From the NCBI GenBank assembly GCA_018664825.1, contig JABJNO010000025.1, positions 3,022-67,021 on the forward strand: a DNA stretch of 64,000 nt, in the 5' to 3' direction. This stretch comes from Candidatus Parcubacteria bacterium (GTDB lineage Bacteria > Patescibacteriota > Patescibacteriia > UBA1558 > GWA2-36-10). Every line of letters starts with the position of its first letter. Position 1 is the first letter of the stretch. The notes under the pieces were generated by a model, which searched no databases, was not told where the DNA came from, and saw only the letters and a list, made by a program, of their open reading frames with translations. This document shows, piece by piece, positions 1 through 9,820 of this stretch. The position numbers and the translations under genes were made by a program.

Positions 1-31
1 AAATATCGAAAGATTGCCGCCTGAATTAATA

Positions 32-66
32 CCCCGTCTATTTCTTATATTGGACGGGGTTTTTTA
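32..66 (+). terminator. rho-independent terminator of a gene ending upstream of the window
   Basis: Stem CCCCGTC (32-38) / GACGGGG (53-59) followed by T-run 60-66. Confidence 0.55.
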
Positions 67-78
67 TTTTGCTAATAT

Positions 79-108
79 TTGACAAAAGTTTTCAAAACTA
101 GGTAAGAT
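79..108 (+). promoter_or_regulatory. putative sigma70-type promoter for the 157..837 gene
   Basis: TTGACA at 79-84, ~17-18 nt spacer, TAAGAT-like -10 at 103-108. Strong SD AGGAGG at 149-154 before ATG 157. Confidence 0.35.
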
Positions 109-156
109 AAGCACACTCCTTTGCATTTATAAATTGAAACTTAGACACATAAGGAG

Positions 157-837
157 GTGGTCATGAGAGGCCAAAAATGTCATTGTCTAAAATGTACCAA
201 GCCGAGAGTACTTACTAGACATCACGTGTTTCCGGCCAGGTTCTTTAAAATAAGAAAGAAAGGAGTAGGAATTCCAGTAACCTGGGTCTGTCGTACCTGT
301 CACGATGTTTTGGAAATTTGGATTCCCAAAGTTGAGATTTTGGACAGGACAGACTACTTGGTTATTTTTAATAGCTGGTTATTTTGGGAAAACGGTGCCC
401 ACAAAAGCAAACAAAGACGAATCAATGATATATTTACCTCTCTTAGAGACAATGGTCCTAAGATAATCACCAGTCCAGCAGACAGAGACTGGTCAAGCAT
501 GGGACACTGTGTATCGTGTGGTAATCGTCGTCGTTTGTTTACTTACAATGTTTTCCCGCCAGATATTTATGGAAATGAAATAGTCAGTCCATACATCAAG
601 GTCTGTGCTACTTGTTTTATGGCCCTTGAAGAAATGACGCCAGCAGTCCGCTTGCCCAGGAGGAGTGACTATATTTTACTCGCTCAATCATTTCTTTATC
701 GTCAGCATGGTCATAAAGCCCTGAGAAAACTTTTGAAGAAAATTGGTCCAATCATAGGAGTACAAAACCAAAGAGTTCGTCATAAGTTTTTTCCTGACGA
801 TAGTCCTTTCAACGATCTTATTCGCCCTATTCAATGA
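157..837 (+). CDS. small protein with tandem HNH-endonuclease-like zinc-finger motifs (first copy canonical, second degenerate)
   Basis: Repeat 1: CLKC...HHVFP...VCRTCH matches the CxxC...HH..P...CxxCH HNH signature. Repeat 2: CVSC...YNVFP...VCATCF carries the same spacing with catalytic His residues replaced. Ends with TGA stop. Confidence 0.5.
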   Translation: MVMRGQKCHCLKCTKPRVLTRHHVFPARFFKIRKKGVGIPVTWVCRTCHDVLEIWIPKVEILDRTDYLVIFNSWLFWENGAHKSKQRRINDIFTSLRDNGPKIITSPADRDWSSMGHCVSCGNRRRLFTYNVFPPDIYGNEIVSPYIKVCATCFMALEEMTPAVRLPRRSDYILLAQSFLYRQHGHKALRKLLKKIGPIIGVQNQRVRHKFFPDDSPFNDLIRPIQ

Positions 838-852
838 ATGGGGCGATTGTAT

Positions 853-888
853 CCCGTGTTTTTATTAAAAAGCACGGGATTTTATTTT
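853..888 (+). terminator. rho-independent terminator
   Basis: CCCGTG (853-858) / CACGGG (873-878) hairpin followed by a T-rich tract. Confidence 0.5.
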
Positions 889-974
889 AGAACAGTATTT
901 TGCGCTCTTGAAATATTTTTTAAATTAATGTATACTACTGCTGTTATTTTAATTAATTACTAAGAAAAAAGTAT

Positions 975-2294
975 ATGAACCAAAAACTGAAAGGATTAAT
1001 TTTCTTTATTTTGGAGATCGCTGTTATTTCTGCGATTTTGTATTTTGTGAGAGGTAAATTGGTAGACTCTCATCATCATGAGGTAAATACTTATTTACCA
1101 ATGTTGATTGATATTGCCTTTTTGGGTATTTTTGCTAGTTTTGGCGGTCGTTTGGCCAAGGCTCTAAAAATTGCCCCTATGGCCGGTAAAATTATTATAG
1201 GTATTATGGTTGGACCTGCTTTGTTGGGAGTGGTAGATCCTTATTCTTCTGGTGTAGAGCTAGCTAGGTTGGCTGGTGTGTTATTTATATTATTTGAAGC
1301 TGGGCTTCATTTTGATATGGAACTTTTGAAGAAAAATATTGGCATTGCTACTGCAGTAGCCTTTGGTGGTGTTTTGATTCCATTGCTTTCATTTGCAGCT
1401 CTAGGACATTATGTAATAGGTTTAGAATGGTTACCAAGTATTTTCTTGGGAGGTATTTTTACAGCTACTTCAGTTGGACTATCTGTCGAAGCCCTGAAGA
1501 GAGCTGGTAAACTAGAAACAAACATCGGTAATCAGATTGTAGGCGCGGCTGTGATTGATGATATTTTGGGTGTTATTATTTTGACAGTTTTAGCCAAGAT
1601 GTCTTCTACTGGAGGAGAGCATGGAGTAGAGGCCGCTGGCATGAATCCTTTTGTAATGTTGGCTATTGGTGTTTTGGTATTTTTGTTTGCCACCTATGCT
1701 CTATGGACATGGGGTATCGCTGATAAGATTGCCAAATATTTGAACAATCAGTATTCAAGCAACAGTACTGGCATTTTTACTAGATTTTTCTTTTTTATGT
1801 TGATGCTAGGTGGTTCTCTGGCTGCTATTTTGGGCTTAGAGCCTGTTTTGGGAGCCTTTGGTATAGGTGTAGTCCTATCAAAGGTAGATAACGAAATAAA
1901 GCACAGTGCTTGGGACAAGATAGAGGGCTATATGCATATTTTTGTGGGAGCCTTTTTGGTAAGTATTGGTACTATGTTACCCAGAGAAGCCCTGATGGAC
2001 TTCAAAGTCTGGATGTGGGCAATACTATTTACTATCTTGGGTTTTGTTGGTAAATATATCGTTCGTTGGTTCTTGAAAGATAAAAACGATGGTAAGCTCG
2101 TCGGTCTAGCCATGTCTATTCGTGGTGAAGTAGGGCTGGTATTTGTGGCGGTAGCCTTGGCTAATCATGCCCTAGATGAAACCATGGCCTCAGCTTCGCT
2201 CTTGGCTGTAATCCTAGTGACTGTCTTGGGAGCAATTCTATTTGAAAAAGAAGTCAATAAACAGATGGCTGAAGAGAAGAAAATAGAAGAGTAA
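975..2294 (+). CDS. monovalent cation:proton antiporter (CPA/Na+-H+ exchanger family) membrane protein
   Basis: About 12 predicted TM helices. Gly-rich helices (GIMVGPALLG, GGIFTATSVGLS, GNQIVGAAVIDDILG) are typical of Na+/H+ exchanger-KefB type transporters. Confidence 0.6.
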   Translation: MNQKLKGLIFFILEIAVISAILYFVRGKLVDSHHHEVNTYLPMLIDIAFLGIFASFGGRLAKALKIAPMAGKIIIGIMVGPALLGVVDPYSSGVELARLAGVLFILFEAGLHFDMELLKKNIGIATAVAFGGVLIPLLSFAALGHYVIGLEWLPSIFLGGIFTATSVGLSVEALKRAGKLETNIGNQIVGAAVIDDILGVIILTVLAKMSSTGGEHGVEAAGMNPFVMLAIGVLVFLFATYALWTWGIADKIAKYLNNQYSSNSTGIFTRFFFFMLMLGGSLAAILGLEPVLGAFGIGVVLSKVDNEIKHSAWDKIEGYMHIFVGAFLVSIGTMLPREALMDFKVWMWAILFTILGFVGKYIVRWFLKDKNDGKLVGLAMSIRGEVGLVFVAVALANHALDETMASASLLAVILVTVLGAILFEKEVNKQMAEEKKIEE

Positions 2295-2313
2295 AATATT
2301 ATATAATTTAAAA

Positions 2314-2356
2314 CCATCCACCCGTTCGACTTTGCTCAGGGTGGGTGGTTTTTTTA
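2314..2356 (+). terminator. rho-independent terminator
   Basis: CCATCCACCC / GGGTGGGTGG stem with a T7 run at 2349-2356. Confidence 0.6.
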
Positions 2357-2403
2357 TTGGCTATTTTATGGTAAAATAAACATAATATTAAAGATAAAAA
2401 AAT

Positions 2404-3432
2404 ATGCTCACAGTTTGGTTTATTGTTTTTGCGGCTAGTATCTGGGTTTTGGTAAAATCAGCAGATTATTTTACTGACTACGCAGAAAAACTGGGCAAGA
2501 TTTTTAATCTACCAAATTTTATTGTAGGCGTCATGATAGTGGCTGTTGGTACATCTTTACCTGAGTTTGCAACTTCTATAGTTGGTGCTTATAGAGGAGA
2601 GGCAGAATTTTTGAGTGGTAATGTACTCGGTACAGTGATAGTCAATATTTTATTGGGATTGGGAGTGGCTGTATTGTTTGTCCGTAAAAAAGCTGTTTTT
2701 GATTGGGATATAGTATCAAACGACCTGCCATTTTTTGCGGCAGCTATTTTTTTGGTAATTATTACTTTATCAGATGGTAAATTTACCTTTGTTGAAGCTT
2801 TGATATTTTTGGCTGGATATATAGTTTATATTTTTTATGCTTACCATATTCAAAAATCTATCAAGGAAAAAGCAAAAGAAAAATTTGAAAAACAGCAAAA
2901 AGAAGAAATCAAAAGTGATATAGCAGAAGTAAGTAGCGGTAAAGATCATGGTCATCATGAAAGGGATGCTGCCAAACGAAAAAAAAAGGTTTTGAAAATT
3001 GTTTTCTTTTTGAAAATAAGTTTGACTATTGTAGCGGTTAGTTCAAAATTTGCGGTTGAGGCCGTAATCAATATAGCGGGCATGTTAGGACTTGCGACTC
3101 CTGTTGTTGCGGCTAGTTTGGTGGCTCTGGGCACTTCTTTACCAGAGATTATAGTAGCTATTTCAGCGGCTCGTAGAGGTAATTTTGATATGGTAATTGG
3201 GGATATTATTGGTTCAAATATTTTTGACTTATTTGTCATATTTGGAGCAGTTGGATTATTTGCGGAGATTACTATTAGTAGAGATATGTTTATTATCTTG
3301 GGATCATTTTTGGTGGGATCATTTTTCTTGATGTGGTTAGCCTTTATAGACAAAAAAATGACCAAGACAGAAGCAGTTATGTTTATTTTGATTTACATAC
3401 TATTTGTAGGTAAATTATTTAATATATTTTAA
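2404..3432 (+). CDS. Ca2+/Na+ antiporter, CaCA family (YrbG-like)
   Basis: Two internal alpha-repeats, GTSLPEFATSIVGA and GTSLPEIIVAISAARRG...GDIIGSNIFD, separated by a charged cytoplasmic loop. This is the diagnostic CaCA architecture. Confidence 0.8.
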   Translation: MLTVWFIVFAASIWVLVKSADYFTDYAEKLGKIFNLPNFIVGVMIVAVGTSLPEFATSIVGAYRGEAEFLSGNVLGTVIVNILLGLGVAVLFVRKKAVFDWDIVSNDLPFFAAAIFLVIITLSDGKFTFVEALIFLAGYIVYIFYAYHIQKSIKEKAKEKFEKQQKEEIKSDIAEVSSGKDHGHHERDAAKRKKKVLKIVFFLKISLTIVAVSSKFAVEAVINIAGMLGLATPVVAASLVALGTSLPEIIVAISAARRGNFDMVIGDIIGSNIFDLFVIFGAVGLFAEITISRDMFIILGSFLVGSFFLMWLAFIDKKMTKTEAVMFILIYILFVGKLFNIF

Positions 3433-3447
3433 AAAATAAAAAAAAAT

Positions 3448-5070
3448 ATGGACGAAGTACAAAATCAAACTCCTCAAACACCACCTCAGCCAGTAGCGCC
3501 TCAGGCTGTGGCTAGTCCTGATCCAAGTGTACAACCAGTCAAAAGTAAAAGTAACAAGTCAAAGATTATTTTAGGAATAATTTTGTTTGTTGTTTTGGTT
3601 GTAGTTGGTGTAGGTGGTTGGTGGTATTATGCTTTTGGTAAAGCATTTTTATTAACCAACAGCGCAGAATTTCCTTGGGGTGAAGAAGTAAAAAATTATA
3701 AAACAACCACAGATTTTAAATTTTCTGTCCAAGGGATTACAAAAAATGAAGAGTTTACAAATGAAGTAGGGGGCATGTTTGGTCCTCAGGATAGTTTTGG
3801 TATTAGTGGTACGATAGCCCAACAAAACATTAGCGACAATTTTTCTAGTGAAGCAACATATGTCGTTGATTATGGAGATGCCTTTTCTTTGAATCTGGCT
3901 GCCAATTTCAAATTGATTGATAGCATCATGTACATCAATCCAGATTTGACTGCTTTAGAAGCTTTGCCGTTGCCATTTGAGCTAGACCTGGACCTTAAGG
4001 GTACTTGGGTTGAAGTTCCTGGTGACATGTTTGTGCAAGACGATGAAGATTCTCCTGAGCAAGAAGCCTATTCAGAAAGATTTGATAATTTTATAGAGAA
4101 ATTAGAAGATATGGACGCCTTAGGATTCAAAGATCCTCATGAAACCAAAGATAGTTCTCAGGGTAAATTGATGAAAGTAAATTATACAATAGATGGCACC
4201 CAGTTAGATGGTATAGTGATGGCCTCTATTGAATCTGGTCTTACTTCGGCTTATGATATCGTGCCAAGTGAGCTTAGTGGTGATGAGCTTAATGCAATGA
4301 TTAGTGGAGACAAAGAAGAGTTTGAAAAATTTAAAAAAGAAAATGAAGAGCAGTGGGAATTGATGAAACACTATCTTTCTAATATCACATTATCTGCTTG
4401 GATAAATACCAAGACAAAAAATATTCAGGTTATGGAATTGGTGGGTGAAAATCTACCAATAGATTTGGAAGAAGACAAGGGTACAATGAGTTTTACAATA
4501 AGTTCTTTTTATGAACCAATTGAAGAAATGACCATCGAAAAACCAACCGACACCATGACTGCCGAAGAGTTGATGACTGGTATAATGACTCAGATTATGG
4601 GTGGCGGAATGATGCCTGAGCAAGCAGTCGTTGATACCGATGGTGATGGCCTGAGTGATGATATGGAATTTTATTATGGTACAGAAGTAGCAAATCCTGA
4701 TACCGATGGTGATGGCTATCTTGATGGCGAAGAAGTTTTGGGCGGCTACAATCCAAATGGAGAGGGTCTTTTAGAAGAAGAAGAGGATTTATTTGGAGGA
4801 GAAGTTTTTTATAATACCAATGAAGAGGCTTGTGTAGCCACTGGTGGAACATGGGGATCAACAGACGAGGCTACTAATATTGCCTGTGCTGCTGTTGTGG
4901 TAGAAGATTTCGAAGATCCATATGATGGCTATGACACCTGTGAAAAAAAGAGAGGGTGTAGGTGGGATTTATATGAAGGCAAATGCGCAAGTGTATCAAA
5001 TTATTGTTCTTGTTCTAGTGGTACTGAATACTATATTTCGGGGAATGATTTATTTGTAGGGTGTCAATAA
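3448..5070 (+). CDS. membrane-anchored secreted protein with C-terminal thrombospondin-type-3-like Ca-binding module and Cys-rich tail
   Basis: Pro/Gln-rich N-terminus, single TM (ILGIILFVVLVVVGVGGWWYYAF). DTDGDGLSDDMEFYYGTEVANPDTDGDGYLDGEEVLGGYNPNGEG module (nt ~4625-4780). Terminal 90 aa rich in Cys. Confidence 0.5.
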   Translation: MDEVQNQTPQTPPQPVAPQAVASPDPSVQPVKSKSNKSKIILGIILFVVLVVVGVGGWWYYAFGKAFLLTNSAEFPWGEEVKNYKTTTDFKFSVQGITKNEEFTNEVGGMFGPQDSFGISGTIAQQNISDNFSSEATYVVDYGDAFSLNLAANFKLIDSIMYINPDLTALEALPLPFELDLDLKGTWVEVPGDMFVQDDEDSPEQEAYSERFDNFIEKLEDMDALGFKDPHETKDSSQGKLMKVNYTIDGTQLDGIVMASIESGLTSAYDIVPSELSGDELNAMISGDKEEFEKFKKENEEQWELMKHYLSNITLSAWINTKTKNIQVMELVGENLPIDLEEDKGTMSFTISSFYEPIEEMTIEKPTDTMTAEELMTGIMTQIMGGGMMPEQAVVDTDGDGLSDDMEFYYGTEVANPDTDGDGYLDGEEVLGGYNPNGEGLLEEEEDLFGGEVFYNTNEEACVATGGTWGSTDEATNIACAAVVVEDFEDPYDGYDTCEKKRGCRWDLYEGKCASVSNYCSCSSGTEYYISGNDLFVGCQ

Positions 5071-5106
5071 TATTTATATATAAAAATAAAAATAATTTTT
5101 TAAAAA

Positions 5107-8100
5107 ATGGAAAATCAAAATTATCAACCGGTAAATTTACCAGAGTCCCAACCGGCTCAAGTGCCACCGAGTCATACTCCGCCACCGCAGGCACCGCAGG
5201 CACAAAAGCCTCACAGAGGAATGTCAAAGAAATCAACTGGTATGATAGCTGTATTAGCTTTTATACTTTTGGTAGTTGGGGGAGGTGCTTATGCTTTTTT
5301 CTTTACAGACTTGAAGTACAAAATACCTTGGCTCAGACCAGATGAGTCTCAACTAGTCAATTTGATGTATAATAGATTGTCCACTCTAGATGGGGCGGAT
5401 TTTTCTGTTGAGTACAATCTCTATGTAGCAGACAGAGATCAGGATATTATAGGTGATAGTGGCAACAGTAAGAGTGAAAGGGAGATGAGAAATTTGGCCT
5501 ATGACGTCCGATCATACTTGGCCAATCCAAAATCAGTCTTGACTAGATGTATAAATGATGGCGGAGAGCTTTTGCATGATGGTAAAAATACCTGTGATGG
5601 TGATGATAAACCCAAAAAAGACACTACAATGTGCAAGGGTGCTGATGGTAAAGTATATACTGCTATATGGGCAAGTCTAGAGGAAAAAGAATGGGAATAT
5701 CAAGATGATTGTGATTTTTCAAAAAATGAATTAGGCAATGTCACTTGGTCATATTCTGCAAAATCAACTTATAACGAAGATGCAGTTGAGTGTACGGAAG
5801 TTGGGTGTATTTTGGCAAGAGAAAACGATACATTAGATTTAAACACATCAGATGCCTTGATGTTTGCAGCTGGCAATTATTTCCAAGAAATTTTGGAAGA
5901 ATTAGAAGATCAAATTCCAAAAAACTTTGATGCCAAATTAGAATTTTCTGGTAAAGGATTTTCTATTTCCAATAGAGAAAAAGGAGAAAAATATCTACCC
6001 GATATAGAAGTTGGCCTAAAAGGTGAGGGGGATTTTTCTTCTCTGAGCGTAAAGTTGGATTTAGCAGCCAAGGTGGTAGATGATAAATTTTATTATAAAG
6101 TAGATAGTTTCCCAATGTTGGATATCACCGAAGGACATATGGGAGAATGGATAGAGATGGATACCGAACAAAATAGATCGTTTGCTGATATAGTGCCTGA
6201 GTATCAAGAAGAGCAAAAAGAAATTATTGATGATTTTCGTAATTTTATAGCTCAAACAAAAGATTATGATATTTTAGAGTTTGTTCCAAACGGTAAAACC
6301 ATCAAAATAGAAGGGGTGACCAGTAAATTATTTGATGTGACAGTAAAGGCGGAAAATATTCCTACTTGGTTAGAAGATGTTGTTAAAAAGGTTAGAGATA
6401 ATCAAGAGAAAATTGTAGATTCAGGCTTGATGGATATAAAGATAGAAAGCTCTGATGAAATGACCGAAGAAGATAAGGTCAAAATTGTAAATTATATTAA
6501 TAAGACATTAAAAAATTTAAATATTACAGCTGGTATTAGCACCAACACAGGGGACTTGATGTATTTGGAATTATTCTCCAGAATTTTACCAACAGCAGAT
6601 TCCAAAAAATTTGCCGATAAACAATTTAATTCTGTTTTAAAAATAAAAGCCTGGAATCAAAATAGTCCTTCAAAGATAGAGGCGCCCGGCGAATTTATCA
6701 GCTATGATGAGATTGATCAAGAAAAAAAGGGCTTGGATGATTTGGAGTATGCTGATTATAAACAATCAATGAGAATTACCAGTGTCCGACAAGATCTGGA
6801 TAAATACTATAAAGAGCACAAAAAATATCCAGATGAATTGAAAAAAGCTACCAAGCAGTATAGAGACTTGATTACAGATAAGGAGTATAAATATAGTGTA
6901 GATGGCAATAATTATGCCCTGATCTATACCATGAACAACACTACTATTCCTCCAGGGCAATTGAATAATAAACCAAGTAGTGCTGGCAGTGCTGGTGAAT
7001 GGGGATACAACGACTTGGATTCTGTTAATTTGGGTTATCCGGGTGGTTATGACAGAAGTGCTAGTTATAAAAGATTTTATTCCTATAATTATGTTTTAGA
7101 AAATTATTTATATTGGCATAGTGGTGAAAATCAAGCTGATCGTTATTCTCCTGTTGCTGATCAACATAAAACATCTGATAAGCTTGTCGTTGAGGGGGAT
7201 TATACAGATCACGATGTTTATGTAGCTGTTACTCAGTCCAAAAATATTAGAGCTATTTTGAGCACACTCAAAAACAAAAAGAGCTCAGATGGTAAATATC
7301 CAGATAATATAGATCCAGAAGAAGATCGTGAAATAGGTAAATATTATTATAATAACTTTAGTTATTGTGAAGATTTGATGACCAGTAATAAATGTGATTA
7401 TAAATCAATTAATAATGGCGAAGATTTTGAGCTCAAAGTAAATTTTGGAATGGATAGTTCAGGTATTGCCAAGAGCCTCTCTGGCTATAACTATGTTACT
7501 GTTTTTGATAAAGGTATAAATACTTTCAATGAATTTTCTACTGTTGATGCCAACAAGGACACAGATAGAGATGGCTTACTTGATATAGACGAGCTCAAAT
7601 ATGGCACAGACATAAACAACAAAGACACAGATGGTGATGGCTATTATGACGGTGAAGAAGTCCGTGGTGGTTACAATCCATTGGGATCTGGACTTTTGGG
7701 ACAAGAGGGTGAGCAAGTTGATCAAGGGGAGACAATCACTGGGTATTCTGTTCCTGATTTTAGCAAAGATTGGTATAGAGGAGATAAAGATGCTGGGCTT
7801 ACAGTTATTACTTTTTCTGATGTTGATTGTCCTTTTTGTGCTAGGTTTCATACTACTATGAATGAGGCGCTAGATTATTATGAGGGCCAGGTAAATTGGA
7901 TTCATCGACATTTTCCTTTGACAACCTTACATCCTGACGCCAAAAAAAAGGCTCATGCAGCTGAATGTGTAGGTGAGCTTGGAGATAGTGAAGATTTTTG
8001 GGCGTTCTTGGATTATGTTTTTGAAAATAGTGAAAGTTTGGCAGATCTTGATACTTATGTAACTACTATTGGTATAGATTCTGCCAAGTTTAAAGCTTGC

Positions 8101-8277
8101 CAAGATAGTGGAAAGTATAATTCAAAAATAGAAACACAGGCAACAGAGGCTCAGGCAGCCGGAGGTAGAGGGACTCCATTTAGTGTAGTAATAAAAAATA
8201 ACAAGGTAGTGGCTGAAATTCCAGGAGCCTTGCCTCTGGAGAGTATAAAGGCAACCTTGAATCAATTTGTAGAATAA
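5107..8277 (+). CDS. large membrane-anchored secreted protein with TSP3-like Ca-binding module and C-terminal DsbA-like thioredoxin domain
   Basis: N-terminal Pro-rich tail plus TM. DTDRDGLLDIDELKYGTDINNKDTDGDGYYDGEEVRGGYNPLGSG (nt ~7558-7680). C-terminal ~165 aa match the DsbA/Thioredoxin_4 pattern: VITFSDVDCPFCARFH (CxxC active site), HRHFPL, AAECVGE, GTPFSVVI. Confidence 0.6.
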   Translation: MENQNYQPVNLPESQPAQVPPSHTPPPQAPQAQKPHRGMSKKSTGMIAVLAFILLVVGGGAYAFFFTDLKYKIPWLRPDESQLVNLMYNRLSTLDGADFSVEYNLYVADRDQDIIGDSGNSKSEREMRNLAYDVRSYLANPKSVLTRCINDGGELLHDGKNTCDGDDKPKKDTTMCKGADGKVYTAIWASLEEKEWEYQDDCDFSKNELGNVTWSYSAKSTYNEDAVECTEVGCILARENDTLDLNTSDALMFAAGNYFQEILEELEDQIPKNFDAKLEFSGKGFSISNREKGEKYLPDIEVGLKGEGDFSSLSVKLDLAAKVVDDKFYYKVDSFPMLDITEGHMGEWIEMDTEQNRSFADIVPEYQEEQKEIIDDFRNFIAQTKDYDILEFVPNGKTIKIEGVTSKLFDVTVKAENIPTWLEDVVKKVRDNQEKIVDSGLMDIKIESSDEMTEEDKVKIVNYINKTLKNLNITAGISTNTGDLMYLELFSRILPTADSKKFADKQFNSVLKIKAWNQNSPSKIEAPGEFISYDEIDQEKKGLDDLEYADYKQSMRITSVRQDLDKYYKEHKKYPDELKKATKQYRDLITDKEYKYSVDGNNYALIYTMNNTTIPPGQLNNKPSSAGSAGEWGYNDLDSVNLGYPGGYDRSASYKRFYSYNYVLENYLYWHSGENQADRYSPVADQHKTSDKLVVEGDYTDHDVYVAVTQSKNIRAILSTLKNKKSSDGKYPDNIDPEEDREIGKYYYNNFSYCEDLMTSNKCDYKSINNGEDFELKVNFGMDSSGIAKSLSGYNYVTVFDKGINTFNEFSTVDANKDTDRDGLLDIDELKYGTDINNKDTDGDGYYDGEEVRGGYNPLGSGLLGQEGEQVDQGETITGYSVPDFSKDWYRGDKDAGLTVITFSDVDCPFCARFHTTMNEALDYYEGQVNWIHRHFPLTTLHPDAKKKAHAAECVGELGDSEDFWAFLDYVFENSESLADLDTYVTTIGIDSAKFKACQDSGKYNSKIETQATEAQAAGGRGTPFSVVIKNNKVVAEIPGALPLESIKATLNQFVE

Positions 8278-8293
8278 TACAAGATAACAAAAA

Positions 8294-8326
8294 ACACCCC
8301 AAGCAAAATCGAGGGGTGTTTTTTTA
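8294..8326. terminator. bidirectional rho-independent terminator between convergent genes
   Basis: ACACCCC / GGGGTGT hairpin flanked by an A-run (8286-8293) and a T-run (8320-8326). Confidence 0.6.
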
Positions 8327-9646
8327 TTTTATATAGTTTAGTGGATTTTTTCTTACTTCGTTGACCCTTACTTCAAAGTGAAGGTGAGGCCCAGTTGACC
8401 AACCAGTATTTCCTATCAAGGCGATGGTTTGTCCACGAGAAACACTATCACCAGCGTTGACTAGTAACTGGCTAGAGTGAGCATAGAGAGTTTTGATGCC
8501 ATTGCCGTGGTTGATTACTACATTGTATCCGTAGCCTCGAGACCAGCCAGATCTTTCTACTTTGCCGGCTTCGGCTGCATATATAGGTTTACCAGTTTTG
8601 TCTCCAACATCTAGCCCACTATGTCCCCAGTGATAATATTGAGTAATACGTTTGCTGATAAGTGGCCATAAAAATTTTGTGCCAGTATTTATGTTGGCGG
8701 CAGGTGGAACATCTTTGTCACTATATACAGGGGCAGGAGGCTTATAAGAAGAAACAACTCGAGTTGGTTTTACACCATTTGGTATAAAGAGTAGATCACC
8801 AACAGCAATGTCTCCAGCATCGGCTAGTTTATTTATTTCTACTACCTCAGAAGCTTCTGTTTGATATTTTTTGGCAATAGCCAAGACGGTATCTCCTGAT
8901 TTTATTTCGTGGCTAATACCAGATGTAGGTAGTATGCTCAGTTTTTGTCCAGGACGAATAGTACTATTCCAACTAAGTTCATTTTCCCAAAGTATAGTAC
9001 TGACAGAAATATTATATTTTTCGGCAATTTTACCTATCACATCACCAGGTTGTACGACATAATCAATAGGACCTGTCCTGCCGGCGGGTGTATTACCGGA
9101 GCCTATACCCGTATCTTCTGGATTGAGTAAGACCAGGCTACCAGAGTCAGTAGAAAAATCAGCATTATCTATATAATCATCTTCAAAATTTGGATTGTTG
9201 ATCACGAGCTCTTGGACATTACCCTGCTCTTCGAGGTAGTTTACAATTTTTGGTTGGTTTATCGCTGGACCTTCTTCTTCGATTAGCTCACTCCATTGCT
9301 CTTCGTCGGCAGTCACCAGAGAAGAGAGTAGAGTACGACTGGCATATTCATCAGTATTGTATCCTTGGGCAAAAATTGTATTGGTAGTGACAGCTATCAA
9401 TACAATGGCTACTCCAATACGAGGTAAATATCTTTTTATAAAATAAAGATAGTTTATATTTTTAATATTTGAGTTTTTTATTTTTATTTTGCTAAGAAGT
9501 AAAGTCTTGTAACCAAACAAAATAAAAGGGAAAATAGTAAATTTTCCTATGTTCAACAAAATCCAGCCCAAAAACCTGCCTCCACGGCCTGATTTTGTTC
9601 TTAGCCACATGACTCCATCGGCTGTTTTTATAGCCAATTTAGTCAA
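8324..9646 (-). CDS. LysM-domain M23 (LytM-type) peptidoglycan endopeptidase
   Basis: Two LysM motifs (YVVQPGDVIGKIAEKYNISVSTI and HEIKSGDTVLAIAKKYQ). C-terminal M23 signature HSGLDVG...YNVVINHGNGIKTLYAHSS...GNTGWSTGPHLHFEV. The annotated N-terminus is translated from AT-rich low-complexity DNA, so the true start is probably downstream near the signal peptide RIGVAIVLIAVTT (~9430). Confidence 0.85.
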   Translation of the reverse strand: MTKLAIKTADGVMWLRTKSGRGGRFLGWILLNIGKFTIFPFILFGYKTLLLSKIKIKNSNIKNINYLYFIKRYLPRIGVAIVLIAVTTNTIFAQGYNTDEYASRTLLSSLVTADEEQWSELIEEEGPAINQPKIVNYLEEQGNVQELVINNPNFEDDYIDNADFSTDSGSLVLLNPEDTGIGSGNTPAGRTGPIDYVVQPGDVIGKIAEKYNISVSTILWENELSWNSTIRPGQKLSILPTSGISHEIKSGDTVLAIAKKYQTEASEVVEINKLADAGDIAVGDLLFIPNGVKPTRVVSSYKPPAPVYSDKDVPPAANINTGTKFLWPLISKRITQYYHWGHSGLDVGDKTGKPIYAAEAGKVERSGWSRGYGYNVVINHGNGIKTLYAHSSQLLVNAGDSVSRGQTIALIGNTGWSTGPHLHFEVRVNEVRKNPLNYIK

Positions 9647-9820
9647 TAATTTCTTGATAATTAAACTTATATACTTATCTTAATTTTTATCTATTTTTGT
9701 AATATAAATAATAACATATCATCATCAAAAATAACAGTCAAGGGACAAAATGAGCCCGATTTTTGTATTTGATTTTTTAGCTAACAAATGATAAAATTCT
9801 ACTATAATTTCATTATTTTT

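Noticed and set aside
5061-5345. 94-aa ORF overlapping the start of the 1056-aa gene
   Set aside because: Alternative frame across the intergenic region and N-terminus of a well-supported long ORF. No independent support.
9647-9820. Longer N-terminal extensions of leuS (from 9788), the M23 peptidase (up to 9646), lemA (up to 57116) and the 57062 ORF
   Set aside because: Extensions are translated from AT-rich, low-complexity, promoter-like DNA (for example TATAAT inside the first codons of the 9788 ORF). Downstream Met residues coincide with conserved N-termini or signal peptides.
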